DNA from: a virus
Taxonomy: Duplodnaviria > Caudoviricetes
IMG/VR virus record: IMGVR_UViG_3300035670_000210
Span: 1-62,329 of that record
DNA length: 62,329 nt
Reading direction: 5' to 3' (one strand)
The notes under the pieces are model-generated. The model saw only the letters and a program-made list of their open reading frames with translations, was not told the DNA's origin and made no database searches. Shown here piece by piece: positions 53,521-62,329 of the stretch. Positions within the stretch are counted from its first letter, which is position 1. Every line of letters starts with the position of its first letter. The position numbers and the translations under genes are program-made.

Positions 53521-53618
53521 TGTTCAGCATCCTTCGAAGGGGCGGGCTTTTTAACCGGCTTGGGGGGCTGGCGCGCTGCAAGCTCTTCTTCGCTCGCGGG
53601 TTCCCATTTAATAGTCAT
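53517..53618 (-). CDS. 33-aa peptide (MTIKWEPASEEELAARQPPKPVKKPAPSKDAEQ)
   Basis: GAGGTG RBS; ATGA overlap with the next gene. Confidence 0.55.
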   Translation of the reverse strand: MTIKWEPASEEELAARQPPKPVKKPAPSKDAEQ

Positions 53619-53626
53619 GAGTCACC

Positions 53627-53911
53627 TCACGAAGCGGAGATGGTAGCGAGCGTATCCACGCGAAGCCAGTTAGTTCCATTCGAGAACGCCATGACTGGCG
53701 AACCCGCCGCACCGTTGGAAACGTAAATGACCGTACCAGCGCCAGCCGTGGAAGCCGAAGGGGCCCCTGCAACTGTGTATGACGGGAGTTTGATTGCGCC
53801 GGTGACGTCGCCGGTGATGTTGCCGGTGACGTCGCCGGTGATGTTGCCGGTGACGTTGCCGCTGAAGCCGTTGTTCGAGACGACTGGACCGCTAAAGGTC
53901 GTAGTACCCAT
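53627..53911 (-). CDS. Small virion (head fibre/decoration-like) protein
   Basis: MGTTTFSGPV start; GNVTGNITGDVT repeats encoded by a 12-bp tandem repeat at about 53799-53861. Confidence 0.8.
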   Translation of the reverse strand: MGTTTFSGPVVSNNGFSGNVTGNITGDVTGNITGDVTGAIKLPSYTVAGAPSASTAGAGTVIYVSNGAAGSPVMAFSNGTNWLRVDTLATISAS

Positions 53912-53916
53912 GTGTA

Positions 53917-53962
53917 TCTCCTGTCGTGGGTCAAGTCAGCCACACCGCGTGACTGTCAGGGA
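53917..53962 (-). ncRNA. Candidate structured cis-regulatory RNA downstream of the capsid gene
   Basis: UCCCUG pairs with CAGGAGA (SD), enclosing an 8-bp hairpin CAGUCACG-cgg-UGUGGCUG. Confidence 0.5.
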
Positions 53963-53983
53963 TAGTGGTAGATTACAGCATAA

Positions 53984-54019
53984 CAAAACAAAAAGAAAGG
54001 GGAGACCGAAGTCTCCCCT
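53984..54019 (-). terminator. Rho-independent terminator after the MCP
   Basis: GGGGAGAC-UUCG-GUCUCCCC followed by a U-rich tract on the - strand. Confidence 0.92.
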
Positions 54020-54040
54020 CCCCTAGCGTTGCCTGTACGC

Positions 54041-54949
54041 TTACGCGCCCGGCGAGCCGAAGATACCCAGCGGGTCCGAGACACCGAACGAATAACGCTC
54101 ACGTGCCTTGTAGCGCGAGTTACCCGTATCGAAGTCTGCGTCCATAGACGTCGACATCGGTGCACGGACGAAGTGCTTCAGACCGTTGGGAACGTCCGTC
54201 ATCAGGAACCAAGCGTTGGTGTCCGTCAGATAGTGGTTCACGGTGTAGCCTTCGGGGATCGACCCGTTCGAGCGCAGAGCGTTCAAGTCGTTATCGGCGG
54301 TGCCGACACGGCCTTCGGTCTCGAGCAGGCGGGTAGCAACGAACTGCAGCGCAGGTGGGATAACCAACTTGCGAGGCTTGGCTGCGATGAGCAGACCACG
54401 TTCGTCAGTCCAACCAGCGATCTGGATGACTGCAGCTTCAAGCGAGGTCTCGTTGAGGTCTGCAGCAACCGAGGGACGGTTGGAGTTAGAGCCACCCGAG
54501 ATCAACGGGTGAGCGGTCGAGCACAGCGTAACGCCGTCACCGTAGGTGGTGCCAGCAGAGAACGCGGTGTTCAGGATCGCCGCTGCCTTCACCTGCTTGG
54601 TGTAGGCCATAGCACGAGCCAGCGATTTGGTATAACGCGACGACAGCGAGTCGTACAGGTTATCCTCAATAGCTTCTTCAGTGATGGAGAAGCCCATTGC
54701 GATGGTTTCGTGCGTGTAGCGAGCGGTCCATGCTTCCTGCGCGTTATCATACGAAATGGCGGAGCCTTCGTTCTTAACCGGCGCAGCTGAGAAGCCCGAT
54801 AGCTTCGTTTCCTCTTCGAATGAGCGCTCAGAAGTCTCAGTTTCGAAGATTTCGGCGTGCTCTTCACCGTACTTGGCGTACTCCATCCCGAACAGAGCGT
54901 TCAGACCGGGGAGGAGTTCTTTGAGTAGCTGGGCGCGTGAAATAGCCAT
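54041..54949 (-). CDS. Major capsid protein
   Basis: MAISRAQLLKELLPGLNALFG..KARERYSFG; follows the scaffold; strong terminator. Confidence 0.92.
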   Translation of the reverse strand: MAISRAQLLKELLPGLNALFGMEYAKYGEEHAEIFETETSERSFEEETKLSGFSAAPVKNEGSAISYDNAQEAWTARYTHETIAMGFSITEEAIEDNLYDSLSSRYTKSLARAMAYTKQVKAAAILNTAFSAGTTYGDGVTLCSTAHPLISGGSNSNRPSVAADLNETSLEAAVIQIAGWTDERGLLIAAKPRKLVIPPALQFVATRLLETEGRVGTADNDLNALRSNGSIPEGYTVNHYLTDTNAWFLMTDVPNGLKHFVRAPMSTSMDADFDTGNSRYKARERYSFGVSDPLGIFGSPGA

Positions 54950-54962
54950 GTTACATCACTCC

Positions 54963-55562
54963 TTATACGCCAGTTGCGTTCTGATACTGGTGCATGCCCC
55001 AGTTCCACTTAACGATCAGCTCGACGTAGGTGTCGGCTGCGGTAGCAGTATCCGGCACAACGTCAATAACGCGAATCGGCAAAGTGTTCGTGGTTGCTGC
55101 GGAGCCCGAAAGTACAGCGACTTTCGAATTACCAGTGGTGGTTGAGCCAGCGTTCTGGACCAGCGACATGTTATTACCAACAACAGTGCGGCCCACACCT
55201 GCGACCACAGTCGTGCCAGACACGACGGCGACCTTAAACAGCTGGTCCGGGTCATCTGCAACGTAGGCGACGATATCGCTCGCTACAGTGTTAGCGGGGT
55301 AGTACTGGCTGTACAGCTCGTAACCCAGATTCGGGTCCGTGTACTTGCAGCCAAGGAAAACTCCGACGGGGGTCGCAGTGGTAGTGCCGGTGTCTTTCTC
55401 CAGCGTACCGTCGCTTACAAGCTTAACAACGTCGCCATTCAGCAAGTTCGTTGCATAGCCCGAAGCAATCGGAATCTGGCGAGTAGCACCTGCAAACACC
55501 TGACCACCGATCAGATTGATCGGCTTCAGCCCGTAGGGGGCGTCAACGGTAGGATATGCCAT
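54963..55562 (-). CDS. Capsid cement/decoration-like protein
   Basis: APYGLKP..GVFLGC..DDPD; immediately upstream of the MCP. Confidence 0.7.
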   Translation of the reverse strand: MAYPTVDAPYGLKPINLIGGQVFAGATRQIPIASGYATNLLNGDVVKLVSDGTLEKDTGTTTATPVGVFLGCKYTDPNLGYELYSQYYPANTVASDIVAYVADDPDQLFKVAVVSGTTVVAGVGRTVVGNNMSLVQNAGSTTTGNSKVAVLSGSAATTNTLPIRVIDVVPDTATAADTYVELIVKWNWGMHQYQNATGV

Positions 55563-55574
55563 CTCTAGCTCCTG

Positions 55575-56024
55575 TTAGGTTCCATTACCAAAGGTGACCC
55601 GTGTTTTACGCTCGTTAAAGAGCGGCATACGTGGGTCGTTCTCGCGCATGAAGTTGCTATCCACTGATTGCATCTGGGACTTGGTTTGAGCGGTGTAGTA
55701 TTCGGTACGCTCGTCAACCAACTCTTTCGGTGCTTTGCAGAGCATCAACCCACCGATCACCACGTTGTCCGCAAACCGTTCGTTTTCAACGGTGACCATG
55801 GTAATCTCGGGATGATCCGCCGCTTTCACGGGTTCCCAACCTTCACGCAGTTTCGAGGAAAGGTTTGTAGCGTCGACTTGCCCCTGCGTGCTTACACGGA
55901 CCCAGTGATAGTCGTAGCCAGCTTCTGGATTTGGCGATGGAAGAACTTCCGGGCGCTGCCAACTCCGCTTGCGTACGGCCTTTTCACGGGTATCAAGCTC
56001 GCGATTGATGCGATTCTCAGCCAT
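55575..56024 (-). CDS. Conserved head-module protein
   Basis: WVRVS..REGWEPV..GGLMLCK. Confidence 0.75.
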   Translation of the reverse strand: MAENRINRELDTREKAVRKRSWQRPEVLPSPNPEAGYDYHWVRVSTQGQVDATNLSSKLREGWEPVKAADHPEITMVTVENERFADNVVIGGLMLCKAPKELVDERTEYYTAQTKSQMQSVDSNFMRENDPRMPLFNERKTRVTFGNGT

Positions 56025-57024
56025 TCTGTTTCCTCATGTCTATTGCAACCTGTCTGGCGTATTGTTCAGGGGTAAGCCCCAACCTCTTCGCGATATTGAC
56101 CTGTGTTTTGGTCAGGGTCACCTTGTTTGGCGCAGTGCTGCGCGTTGCAGGTGCCACGACCGAGGCCTTACGCTTCGGTTCTGGAGTCCGCTGTTTCGTG
56201 CTCTCGAACTGATCCGGGAACACTTGGCGCATACGAGCATCAATGCGCTCGTAGTAGGCATCACTCTGAGGGCTTACACCCTCTTTGACGAGCTTATTGT
56301 GCAACCCCAGCGCAAAGCTCGTCATCTCATCATCGGTCTGGAACCACGGATTTTGGTTTTTCCAATCCATGGCCCGCTGATCGACTTGTGGTGCCGGGGC
56401 GGGTTCTGCCTTAACTTGTACAGGTGTTTCGTTCTCCTGTAAAGTTGGTACTCTAAGGTTGTTTACCTTTTCGAGTTTAAGCCTAGCGGTCGTTAGCTTT
56501 TCCTGTGCTTCAAGCACGGCGCTTGAGTCACCGGATTCATAGGCGGTTCTATACTCCGTCTTGGCGCTCTCCATATCGGCAGCCGCACTGCGTTTGGCCT
56601 GCTCGATAAGCGCCGCTTGACTCTTGGTGCTAGACGTCTTCAGCTTCTTGTTTTCTTCAAACAACTGCTGTGCGAGGCGCTCAAGCTCTTGCTTCTCCCG
56701 CAAGGCCGCTTCCTTAGCACGGCGCTCGTCGTGATAGCCCTTGCTAAAGTGCTTGATACGTTTCCGAACTTTATCGGAATACTCCTCAAGCTCCTCGTCG
56801 GTGACCTCTTCGGGTGGATCAGATGACTTACGCCCCCTATCCGCGGGAGGAGTGTCGTCCACAACGTCGACTTCCACGTCGTCTTCGACTTCTACGGTCA
56901 CCTCATCTTTCTTCTCTGCCTTGCCCGGTTTCTTCATGGGCTCCGCGGAGGAAGACTCGATTTCAATCTCCATCTTGTCGTCTTCGTCGTTCGGGAACTC
57001 AAACTCCACTTTCTGAAACGGCAT
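56017..57024 (-). CDS. Putative capsid scaffolding protein
   Basis: Acidic N-terminus, coiled coil, C-terminal LTKTQVNIAKRLGLTPEQYA. Confidence 0.75.
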   Translation of the reverse strand: MPFQKVEFEFPNDEDDKMEIEIESSSAEPMKKPGKAEKKDEVTVEVEDDVEVDVVDDTPPADRGRKSSDPPEEVTDEELEEYSDKVRKRIKHFSKGYHDERRAKEAALREKQELERLAQQLFEENKKLKTSSTKSQAALIEQAKRSAAADMESAKTEYRTAYESGDSSAVLEAQEKLTTARLKLEKVNNLRVPTLQENETPVQVKAEPAPAPQVDQRAMDWKNQNPWFQTDDEMTSFALGLHNKLVKEGVSPQSDAYYERIDARMRQVFPDQFESTKQRTPEPKRKASVVAPATRSTAPNKVTLTKTQVNIAKRLGLTPEQYARQVAIDMRKQNG

Positions 57025-57035
57025 GTCTTATCTCC

Positions 57036-57410
57036 CTATGCACGCTGAATGCCGCGGGGGTCGGCGACCACCGCTTCGATCGAGTCATCGTTCATAAGCC
57101 GGTACTCCGTGTCGCCCATGCGGAAACGTGTACCAGAGTTCATGCGGAACATGACGTAGTCACCCTGCTTGCACCACGGACCAGTGGGGAACCGGTCAGG
57201 GTCTGAGTAGGCTTGATCGCCCACATCGACGACAAGGCCGATGATAGACATGATGTGTTCCCGGTCCCGCTCCTTGTCGGTGCGGATAATCTGGGTGCCC
57301 TCGTAGGTCTCAGAGACTTGCGGGAGCGCGATAAGCAGGCGGTAGCCCACTGGCTTGGGCAGTTGTGCCTCAAACTCTTGTTCGCTGATCTTAACTGCGG
57401 CTTCAGTCAT
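57036..57410 (-). CDS. groES: GroES/Cpn10-like co-chaperonin
   Basis: PVGYRLLI, GLVVDVG, GDYVMF, YRLMNDDSIEAVV. Confidence 0.85.
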   Translation of the reverse strand: MTEAAVKISEQEFEAQLPKPVGYRLLIALPQVSETYEGTQIIRTDKERDREHIMSIIGLVVDVGDQAYSDPDRFPTGPWCKQGDYVMFRMNSGTRFRMGDTEYRLMNDDSIEAVVADPRGIQRA

Positions 57411-57600
57411 CATCGTTGTCCATATAGTTACGCGAGAGGTCTTCAATGTAAGACTTGCTGGCTTCGAGACCCCGAATTAAGCCAACAACTTCTCTGTACC
57501 CGGCGTAGTCCTTGGGGGACCCCCCGGTCAGAAACTGGGTTGCAGACGAGATTTGCTCGTCGATCTTATCTGTAAGCACGTCAAAGACGGTCTTTGCCAT
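57403..57600 (-). CDS. Hypothetical protein between portal and GroES
   Basis: DYAGYREVVGLIRGL. Confidence 0.75.
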   Translation of the reverse strand: MAKTVFDVLTDKIDEQISSATQFLTGGSPKDYAGYREVVGLIRGLEASKSYIEDLSRNYMDNDDD

Positions 57601-57603
57601 GAG

Positions 57604-60087
57604 TTATTTACCCTCTTTTGGCTTGTTTTGTTGTGACTGCATGAGCTTGGCGACCTCGATTGCGGTCTTGTCCTGCGCCTCCCGGCGCGCGCGACTCATC
57701 TCGACACCCTTGACTTCGGCGTCGATAGCCAACCCCGTCTTCTCCACCTTGAGCTCCTCAGCTTTCAGCATGGCGTCAGTCATGCTCTTAGCCGTCTGGA
57801 GCTTCAGCTGTTGCTGCTTGATCTGAGCATCAACCTGATCTTTTGCCGTTTTACGCTGAACTTCAGCCTGCTTGACCTGCAGCTCAGCCTGCTGGAGCTG
57901 GAACAGCGGGTCTTGCTGCTGTTGTTGCGCTTGCTGCTGTGCAGCCTGCTGCTGGTGAGCCTGCGTGAGCTGGCGACCGGCGTCGGCCACGAGGCGAGAC
58001 AACTGGACCTCGACTTCCTGTGGCAGTTCCGAGTTTGGATCGGGTAGCGGGGCCCCGAGCTTCTCCTCGATCTGCTGGCGGTACTGGAACCCGAGATGCT
58101 CCGCGATGTGTGCCTGCAACGAGGCCATAATCTGTTGCGCCTGCGGGTTCTGGCCGATCATCTGTGCGATCATCGGGTCCTGCATAAACGACATGTGTGT
58201 CGCGATATGCGCTTGATGGTCTTGGTAGATAAATGCCTTCATCGGCTTGCCGATCAGCGCGTCCATGTTTTCGCTGACAGGGTCCGTCGGCTTCGCATCG
58301 GCTTTTGTTGGTACAATCTTGTCCGCGTTCTTAATACCCAGCACGTCCATCATCTCGCGGTGGAGGACCGGCAGGTTGTAAATCTGCGGTGCCTGCTGCG
58401 ACATCTGGAGAACAGCCTGATACTGGACCACACGCTGCGCCATGGTTGAACTGTTAGGATCGCTGACCGGAATCACGTCCACCATGGTGTAGTCGGCCTT
58501 GCGGGCACCAACTTCTCCACGCGCGGGCTGATATGCGTACTCCTCCGGAGCGTGCTCGGCGATAATCGCCTTGAGCATCTTGAACTCCTGCTTCATCGCG
58601 TAGTGCACACGCGACTGCACAGCCGCCATGGGCTTCAGAGTGCGCTCCAGCAGGGCCAGCGTAGTCCCAACCGGGGCATTTGCCGACATATCTGAGATGT
58701 TCAAGTCACTGATAGCCCCAAGGCGACGGCCTTCCTGCGTGATCCGATCAAGCAGGGCGAGCAGAGTCTGGGACGGCTCCTTATAGGGGAGCGGCATGAT
58801 ATTGTCGCGGATAGACCCCGACGGCACGTCCACGTCCTTGAACTCGCCCGGCTCGATGGGCGAGTCGTCACCCTTGATACGCAGTCCGCGCGTTTTTAGT
58901 CCGCCCGGCAGGTTAGACAGGGTGCCCGCATCCACCAACTGGCGAATCAGCGACGTTCCCGCACGCGAGTAACCACCAATAATATGAATCAAACCAAGAC
59001 CATAGAACCCGAATCCCGGCACGTAGGGGTAATGCACGAAGAACTGATTCTTCAACGGGATTTCGGCGTCTTCTTCGTAGTTCCTATAGACTGCAAGGAC
59101 CTCCCCCGACCCCCGCTCGATCGTAACGACGTAAGGTTTTGGTAGCTCGTCCTCGTCGTCCACGCCCGGTATGCACATCTCGACGTGGCACTCGTAGAGT
59201 GCGTAGCGATTGTCGTCCGTCAGGCTGAACCCGCCGTCCTCAGCCTTCTTCTCCTCAATATCGGAGTGATATGGGACCGGCTCACCAAGCTCAATATCGC
59301 GGTAGAACCCCGCGGCCTGCAGCTTCTTCATCTCGTTCTTGGTTTTACGCATCACGTGGGTCACACGCTCCGCCGTCTCGATGTGGCTCGCGCTGTAAGG
59401 CACGATAACATCTTCTGCGGGTAGGTAGACCGACACCTGCCGCCCAAGATTGGGGTCAAAATACACTTTTTTGAACGCAGAGCCCGCCAGACCCAAGCTA
59501 TAGAGCATCCGCTCGTGCTCCGACCGGTACTCGACCATCCGCTCGGTGATTTCGTAGTTCATATCGGCCTTAACGCGCTCCGCGGCCTCTAGTTTCTCCT
59601 TTGTCTCGTCCCCAAGCACCTTCACCTTGACCGGCCCCGCGGCTGGGAAGGTCTCAGACATTGTCTCGGCTTGGAACCGGATGGCCGCTTCGGCTAGAAT
59701 TGTCGAATAGACCCCGCAAGCGCCCTCCCAAGGCTGAGTACGCTCCTCATACTTGAATCCCAGCACGTCCAGACCGTTGACGTAGGTGTCTACCCACTCC
59801 TTCCGGCTGTTCATATCGGCCTCGATGAGCCCTGCAAGGTCGCTTGAGAGCCCCCGCAGGTCACCTTCATCCATAAAATCCGCTAGGTTTGCGTCAAAAT
59901 CGGCCTCGTCGGCGGGTTTTGCGTCCGGGAACAGGGTAATCTCCATGCTCCCGTCGTCCAAGATGACCGCTTCGGGGTCGATGATCTCGATCTCAAGCGC
60001 AGATTCACCCTCTTCGCCCTCCATCTCATCTTCGATCTCGTCGTCGAGCCCCATCGGGGCGCTGTAGAGTCCTTTTTCGATAGCCAT
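57604..60087 (-). CDS. Portal protein (P22-like, long Gln-rich C-terminal barrel)
   Basis: 827 aa following TerL; GSAFKKVYFD, GFYGLGL. Confidence 0.88.
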   Translation of the reverse strand: MAIEKGLYSAPMGLDDEIEDEMEGEEGESALEIEIIDPEAVILDDGSMEITLFPDAKPADEADFDANLADFMDEGDLRGLSSDLAGLIEADMNSRKEWVDTYVNGLDVLGFKYEERTQPWEGACGVYSTILAEAAIRFQAETMSETFPAAGPVKVKVLGDETKEKLEAAERVKADMNYEITERMVEYRSEHERMLYSLGLAGSAFKKVYFDPNLGRQVSVYLPAEDVIVPYSASHIETAERVTHVMRKTKNEMKKLQAAGFYRDIELGEPVPYHSDIEEKKAEDGGFSLTDDNRYALYECHVEMCIPGVDDEDELPKPYVVTIERGSGEVLAVYRNYEEDAEIPLKNQFFVHYPYVPGFGFYGLGLIHIIGGYSRAGTSLIRQLVDAGTLSNLPGGLKTRGLRIKGDDSPIEPGEFKDVDVPSGSIRDNIMPLPYKEPSQTLLALLDRITQEGRRLGAISDLNISDMSANAPVGTTLALLERTLKPMAAVQSRVHYAMKQEFKMLKAIIAEHAPEEYAYQPARGEVGARKADYTMVDVIPVSDPNSSTMAQRVVQYQAVLQMSQQAPQIYNLPVLHREMMDVLGIKNADKIVPTKADAKPTDPVSENMDALIGKPMKAFIYQDHQAHIATHMSFMQDPMIAQMIGQNPQAQQIMASLQAHIAEHLGFQYRQQIEEKLGAPLPDPNSELPQEVEVQLSRLVADAGRQLTQAHQQQAAQQQAQQQQQDPLFQLQQAELQVKQAEVQRKTAKDQVDAQIKQQQLKLQTAKSMTDAMLKAEELKVEKTGLAIDAEVKGVEMSRARREAQDKTAIEVAKLMQSQQNKPKEGK

Positions 60088-60098
60088 TGTCTTATCCC

Positions 60099-61649
60099 TC
60101 AGTAGAAGCCGCCCCGGCGTTGCTTGAAGTATCTCTGCTCATCCTGCTCGTCAGTCGGCAAGCGGATAAATCCCCCGCTGCGGAACCGCATCAGGGCCAT
60201 CACGGTGGAGTCCACCAAGTCATCATGCGACATAAACGGAAACCCAGCGATCTCCTCGACCACCTCCTCCGCCCAACGCGTCTGTGGAACCCAACATATC
60301 CCCGATGCGACGATATCGGCAACGCTGTTGAGACGAGCCAGCTTGTCGCCTGACCCCCGGTGCGGTGTAAACTCCTGCACGGGCAACCCCATACGCCGCA
60401 TCTCCTGATAGAGCGCGGTCCCTGCGCTCTTCTTTTCCACAATAAACGAGTCCGGCTCCCACTCCTTATACTCGTCCATCGCCAGCTGCTTAAGCTCAGG
60501 GAACTCCATACGTTGTTTTATGCTATTTAACAATATGATGTTGTGTGCGTTAGTCTCTTCGTTGAAGAACACACCCCAAGTTGTTAGGGCAGTATAGTCC
60601 GCACGGTTGTGTTTTTCCGCGGCGGCGTCGAGTGACATGATTATATACTCGCACGTGGGCGGGTCGTCGTGCGCCCACTCCTGCCACCACTCGCGCTTGA
60701 TAAGTGCGGCCTCTTCGGCGGTGGGTTGCTGTTGATACTGTGCGTTCCACTGAAACACCGGCATGGAGGCCTTGGTGCGCTCCAGCGCCGCCAGATCGAA
60801 GAACTCCGGCCAAAGCGGCTTTTGTATAATCTTGTTTGTTTTGGAGTCTTGTACGTCCAAAACTGCGGGGAACTCTACTACTTCATACTGATCGGCTTTG
60901 TCGTTCTTTGCCATGTCACGAGTTACACGGCCTGTCAGGTCGTCAAGATGCCAGCGAGTCTGCACGATAGCCACGCGACCACCCGGCATCAGACGGGTCC
61001 GGGCACCGAATGTGAACCACTCGTACGCCCGTTCAAACACATCGAAGTTGCCGTTCAGCACGTCCTGTTCCGAGTGTGGGTCGTCAACAAGCAGCAGATC
61101 AGCACCGCGGCCCGCGATGGAGCTACCGATACCGCAGGCAAAATACTCGCCCTTCATGTTTGTGTTCCACCGCCCCGCGGACTTGCTATCTATAGCAAGT
61201 GAGACTGTCGGGAACACCGCACGATACTCATCGGTGGCGATGAGGTTACGCACCTTCCGTCCGAAGTCTACAGCGAGGTCCGTGGTGTGAGACACCATCA
61301 TCACCTTCTTGTCCGGATTTCTCCCGAGGAACCACGCAGGGTAGAATATTGAGACGAGCTGCGATTTACCGTGGCGCGGGGGCATGTTCACGCAAATACG
61401 ATCCTTGTCTCCGCGCTCAATGGCCATGAGCATGCTGGCAAGTATGCGGTGGTGCCGCCCCACGAGATAGTTGGGGTCCATCTTTTTACAGAAAGCTAGC
61501 AGGTCGTCGTACGCATCCTGATTTGTTTTGCGGTTGGCTAGCTCGTCGACCATCTTGTCGACCTCCGCCAGCTCCTCGGGCGTAAGTCCGTCTAAGTTCT
61601 CAAGGAGTGCTTCAATCTCGGCATCGCCGAGGTCCAGCATCTTAGTCAT
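60099..61649 (-). CDS. terL: Terminase large subunit
   Basis: MPPRHGKS, LLVDDP, QTRWH, nuclease SLDAA and HDDLVDS. Confidence 0.95.
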   Translation of the reverse strand: MTKMLDLGDAEIEALLENLDGLTPEELAEVDKMVDELANRKTNQDAYDDLLAFCKKMDPNYLVGRHHRILASMLMAIERGDKDRICVNMPPRHGKSQLVSIFYPAWFLGRNPDKKVMMVSHTTDLAVDFGRKVRNLIATDEYRAVFPTVSLAIDSKSAGRWNTNMKGEYFACGIGSSIAGRGADLLLVDDPHSEQDVLNGNFDVFERAYEWFTFGARTRLMPGGRVAIVQTRWHLDDLTGRVTRDMAKNDKADQYEVVEFPAVLDVQDSKTNKIIQKPLWPEFFDLAALERTKASMPVFQWNAQYQQQPTAEEAALIKREWWQEWAHDDPPTCEYIIMSLDAAAEKHNRADYTALTTWGVFFNEETNAHNIILLNSIKQRMEFPELKQLAMDEYKEWEPDSFIVEKKSAGTALYQEMRRMGLPVQEFTPHRGSGDKLARLNSVADIVASGICWVPQTRWAEEVVEEIAGFPFMSHDDLVDSTVMALMRFRSGGFIRLPTDEQDEQRYFKQRRGGFY

Positions 61650-62238
61650 CGCTCACCCCGAGCTCCGCGTCCACGTCGATTGCGTCGCCGTCTATAATGA
61701 TGGCGTCCTCTACGTATTCCTCTTTTGCTTCCGTTAGCTTCTGCAGCTTCCTCCGCAGCTTTTCTTTCAGGTCATCCGTCGTCTGATGCGTTATTGTCAC
61801 CTCACTCTTCTCAGTAAAGAGCCCAACGTCTGACATCTTACCAAGCAGCTCCAGCGCCTTGATACGCACCCTTGGGTCTGGGTTCTCTGTCTCTAGAATC
61901 AGTTTGTTGGTGACGAGGTGACGGACCGTCAGGGCCGAGTCCACCACCTGCCGACCGAACTCATCGAGGATTCTGTGCGTCTCTTTAATGACGGCGGGGG
62001 TGAGTTGCGCAGTGCGAGCGGTTGTGGTGGCCTTGGACGTTTTTTCTGGGTTTTGGGCGTAGGCTATCGCCAGTGCAGCTGCAGTGTCCCTGTCTTCCTC
62101 TGAGGCGTCAGCCTCCATGCCGTGAGATGTTAGCAGCTCAATGGTCAACGCGCAGGCAGCTGCGCGGTCCTTTAGGTCCAGTTTAGGTGCACATTTGTTA
62201 AGTGGCACCCCGGATTCGGGTGTGAGCTGTAGTGTCAT
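61642..62238 (-). CDS. Putative terminase small subunit
   Basis: RIKALELLGKMSDVGLF motif; overlaps the terL start. Confidence 0.7.
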   Translation of the reverse strand: MTLQLTPESGVPLNKCAPKLDLKDRAAACALTIELLTSHGMEADASEEDRDTAAALAIAYAQNPEKTSKATTTARTAQLTPAVIKETHRILDEFGRQVVDSALTVRHLVTNKLILETENPDPRVRIKALELLGKMSDVGLFTEKSEVTITHQTTDDLKEKLRRKLQKLTEAKEEYVEDAIIIDGDAIDVDAELGVSDD

Positions 62239-62269
62239 GGTACATCGCAGGCTGAGGGCCGATAACGCA

Positions 62270-62298
62270 AGTGTAGATGTTTAGGTATGATTTCGCAA
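62270..62298 (-). promoter_or_regulatory. Sigma70-type promoter for the packaging/structural arm
   Basis: On the - strand: TTGCGA-17bp-TACACT, about 30 nt upstream of ATG 62238. Confidence 0.75.
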
Positions 62299-62329
62299 GA
62301 CTCCGTCGCGTAGCGATATTTTTGCACCC

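Noticed and set aside
1-62329. tRNA or rRNA genes
   Set aside because: No cloverleaf with T-loop/D-loop signatures was noticed in the few intergenic gaps. tRNAscan-SE would confirm.

Overview
The window looks like a complete or nearly complete ~62 kb tailed dsDNA phage genome with podovirus-like organisation. The host is probably an Alphaproteobacterium (inferred from a GcrA-like HTH protein). It has two convergent arms. The + arm (~330-22216) carries early and replication genes: a MoxR-type AAA ATPase with a metallopeptidase-vWA partner, VRR-NUC nuclease, dATP/dGTP diphosphohydrolase, dCMP deaminase, PolA, Cas4-like exonuclease, HNH, SNF2 helicase, SSB-like protein and primase-helicase. The - arm (62238 to 22304) carries TerS/TerL, portal, GroES, scaffold, major capsid protein, small basic proteins, tail and fibre proteins, an envelope/lysis cluster and five probable ejected proteins of up to 2304 aa. 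I found no integrase, tRNA or CRISPR array. The main unexplained signals are: (1) ten copies of a palindrome GTTAGTG-N3/4-CACTAAC, all in the first 15.7 kb and four inside genes; (2) an acyl carrier protein plus a GNAT-like gene translationally coupled to a giant membrane-anchored ejection protein, a candidate virion-protein acylation system; (3) a candidate anti-Shine-Dalgarno sRNA at the arm junction, complementary to an extended RBS used by early genes; (4) a [MYF]xxGGx[VL] peptide motif shared by internal and basic virion proteins; (5) an Acb2/Tad1-like sponge candidate; (6) an SD-sequestering structured RNA after the capsid gene. All family assignments are from motif recognition by eye, not database searches.
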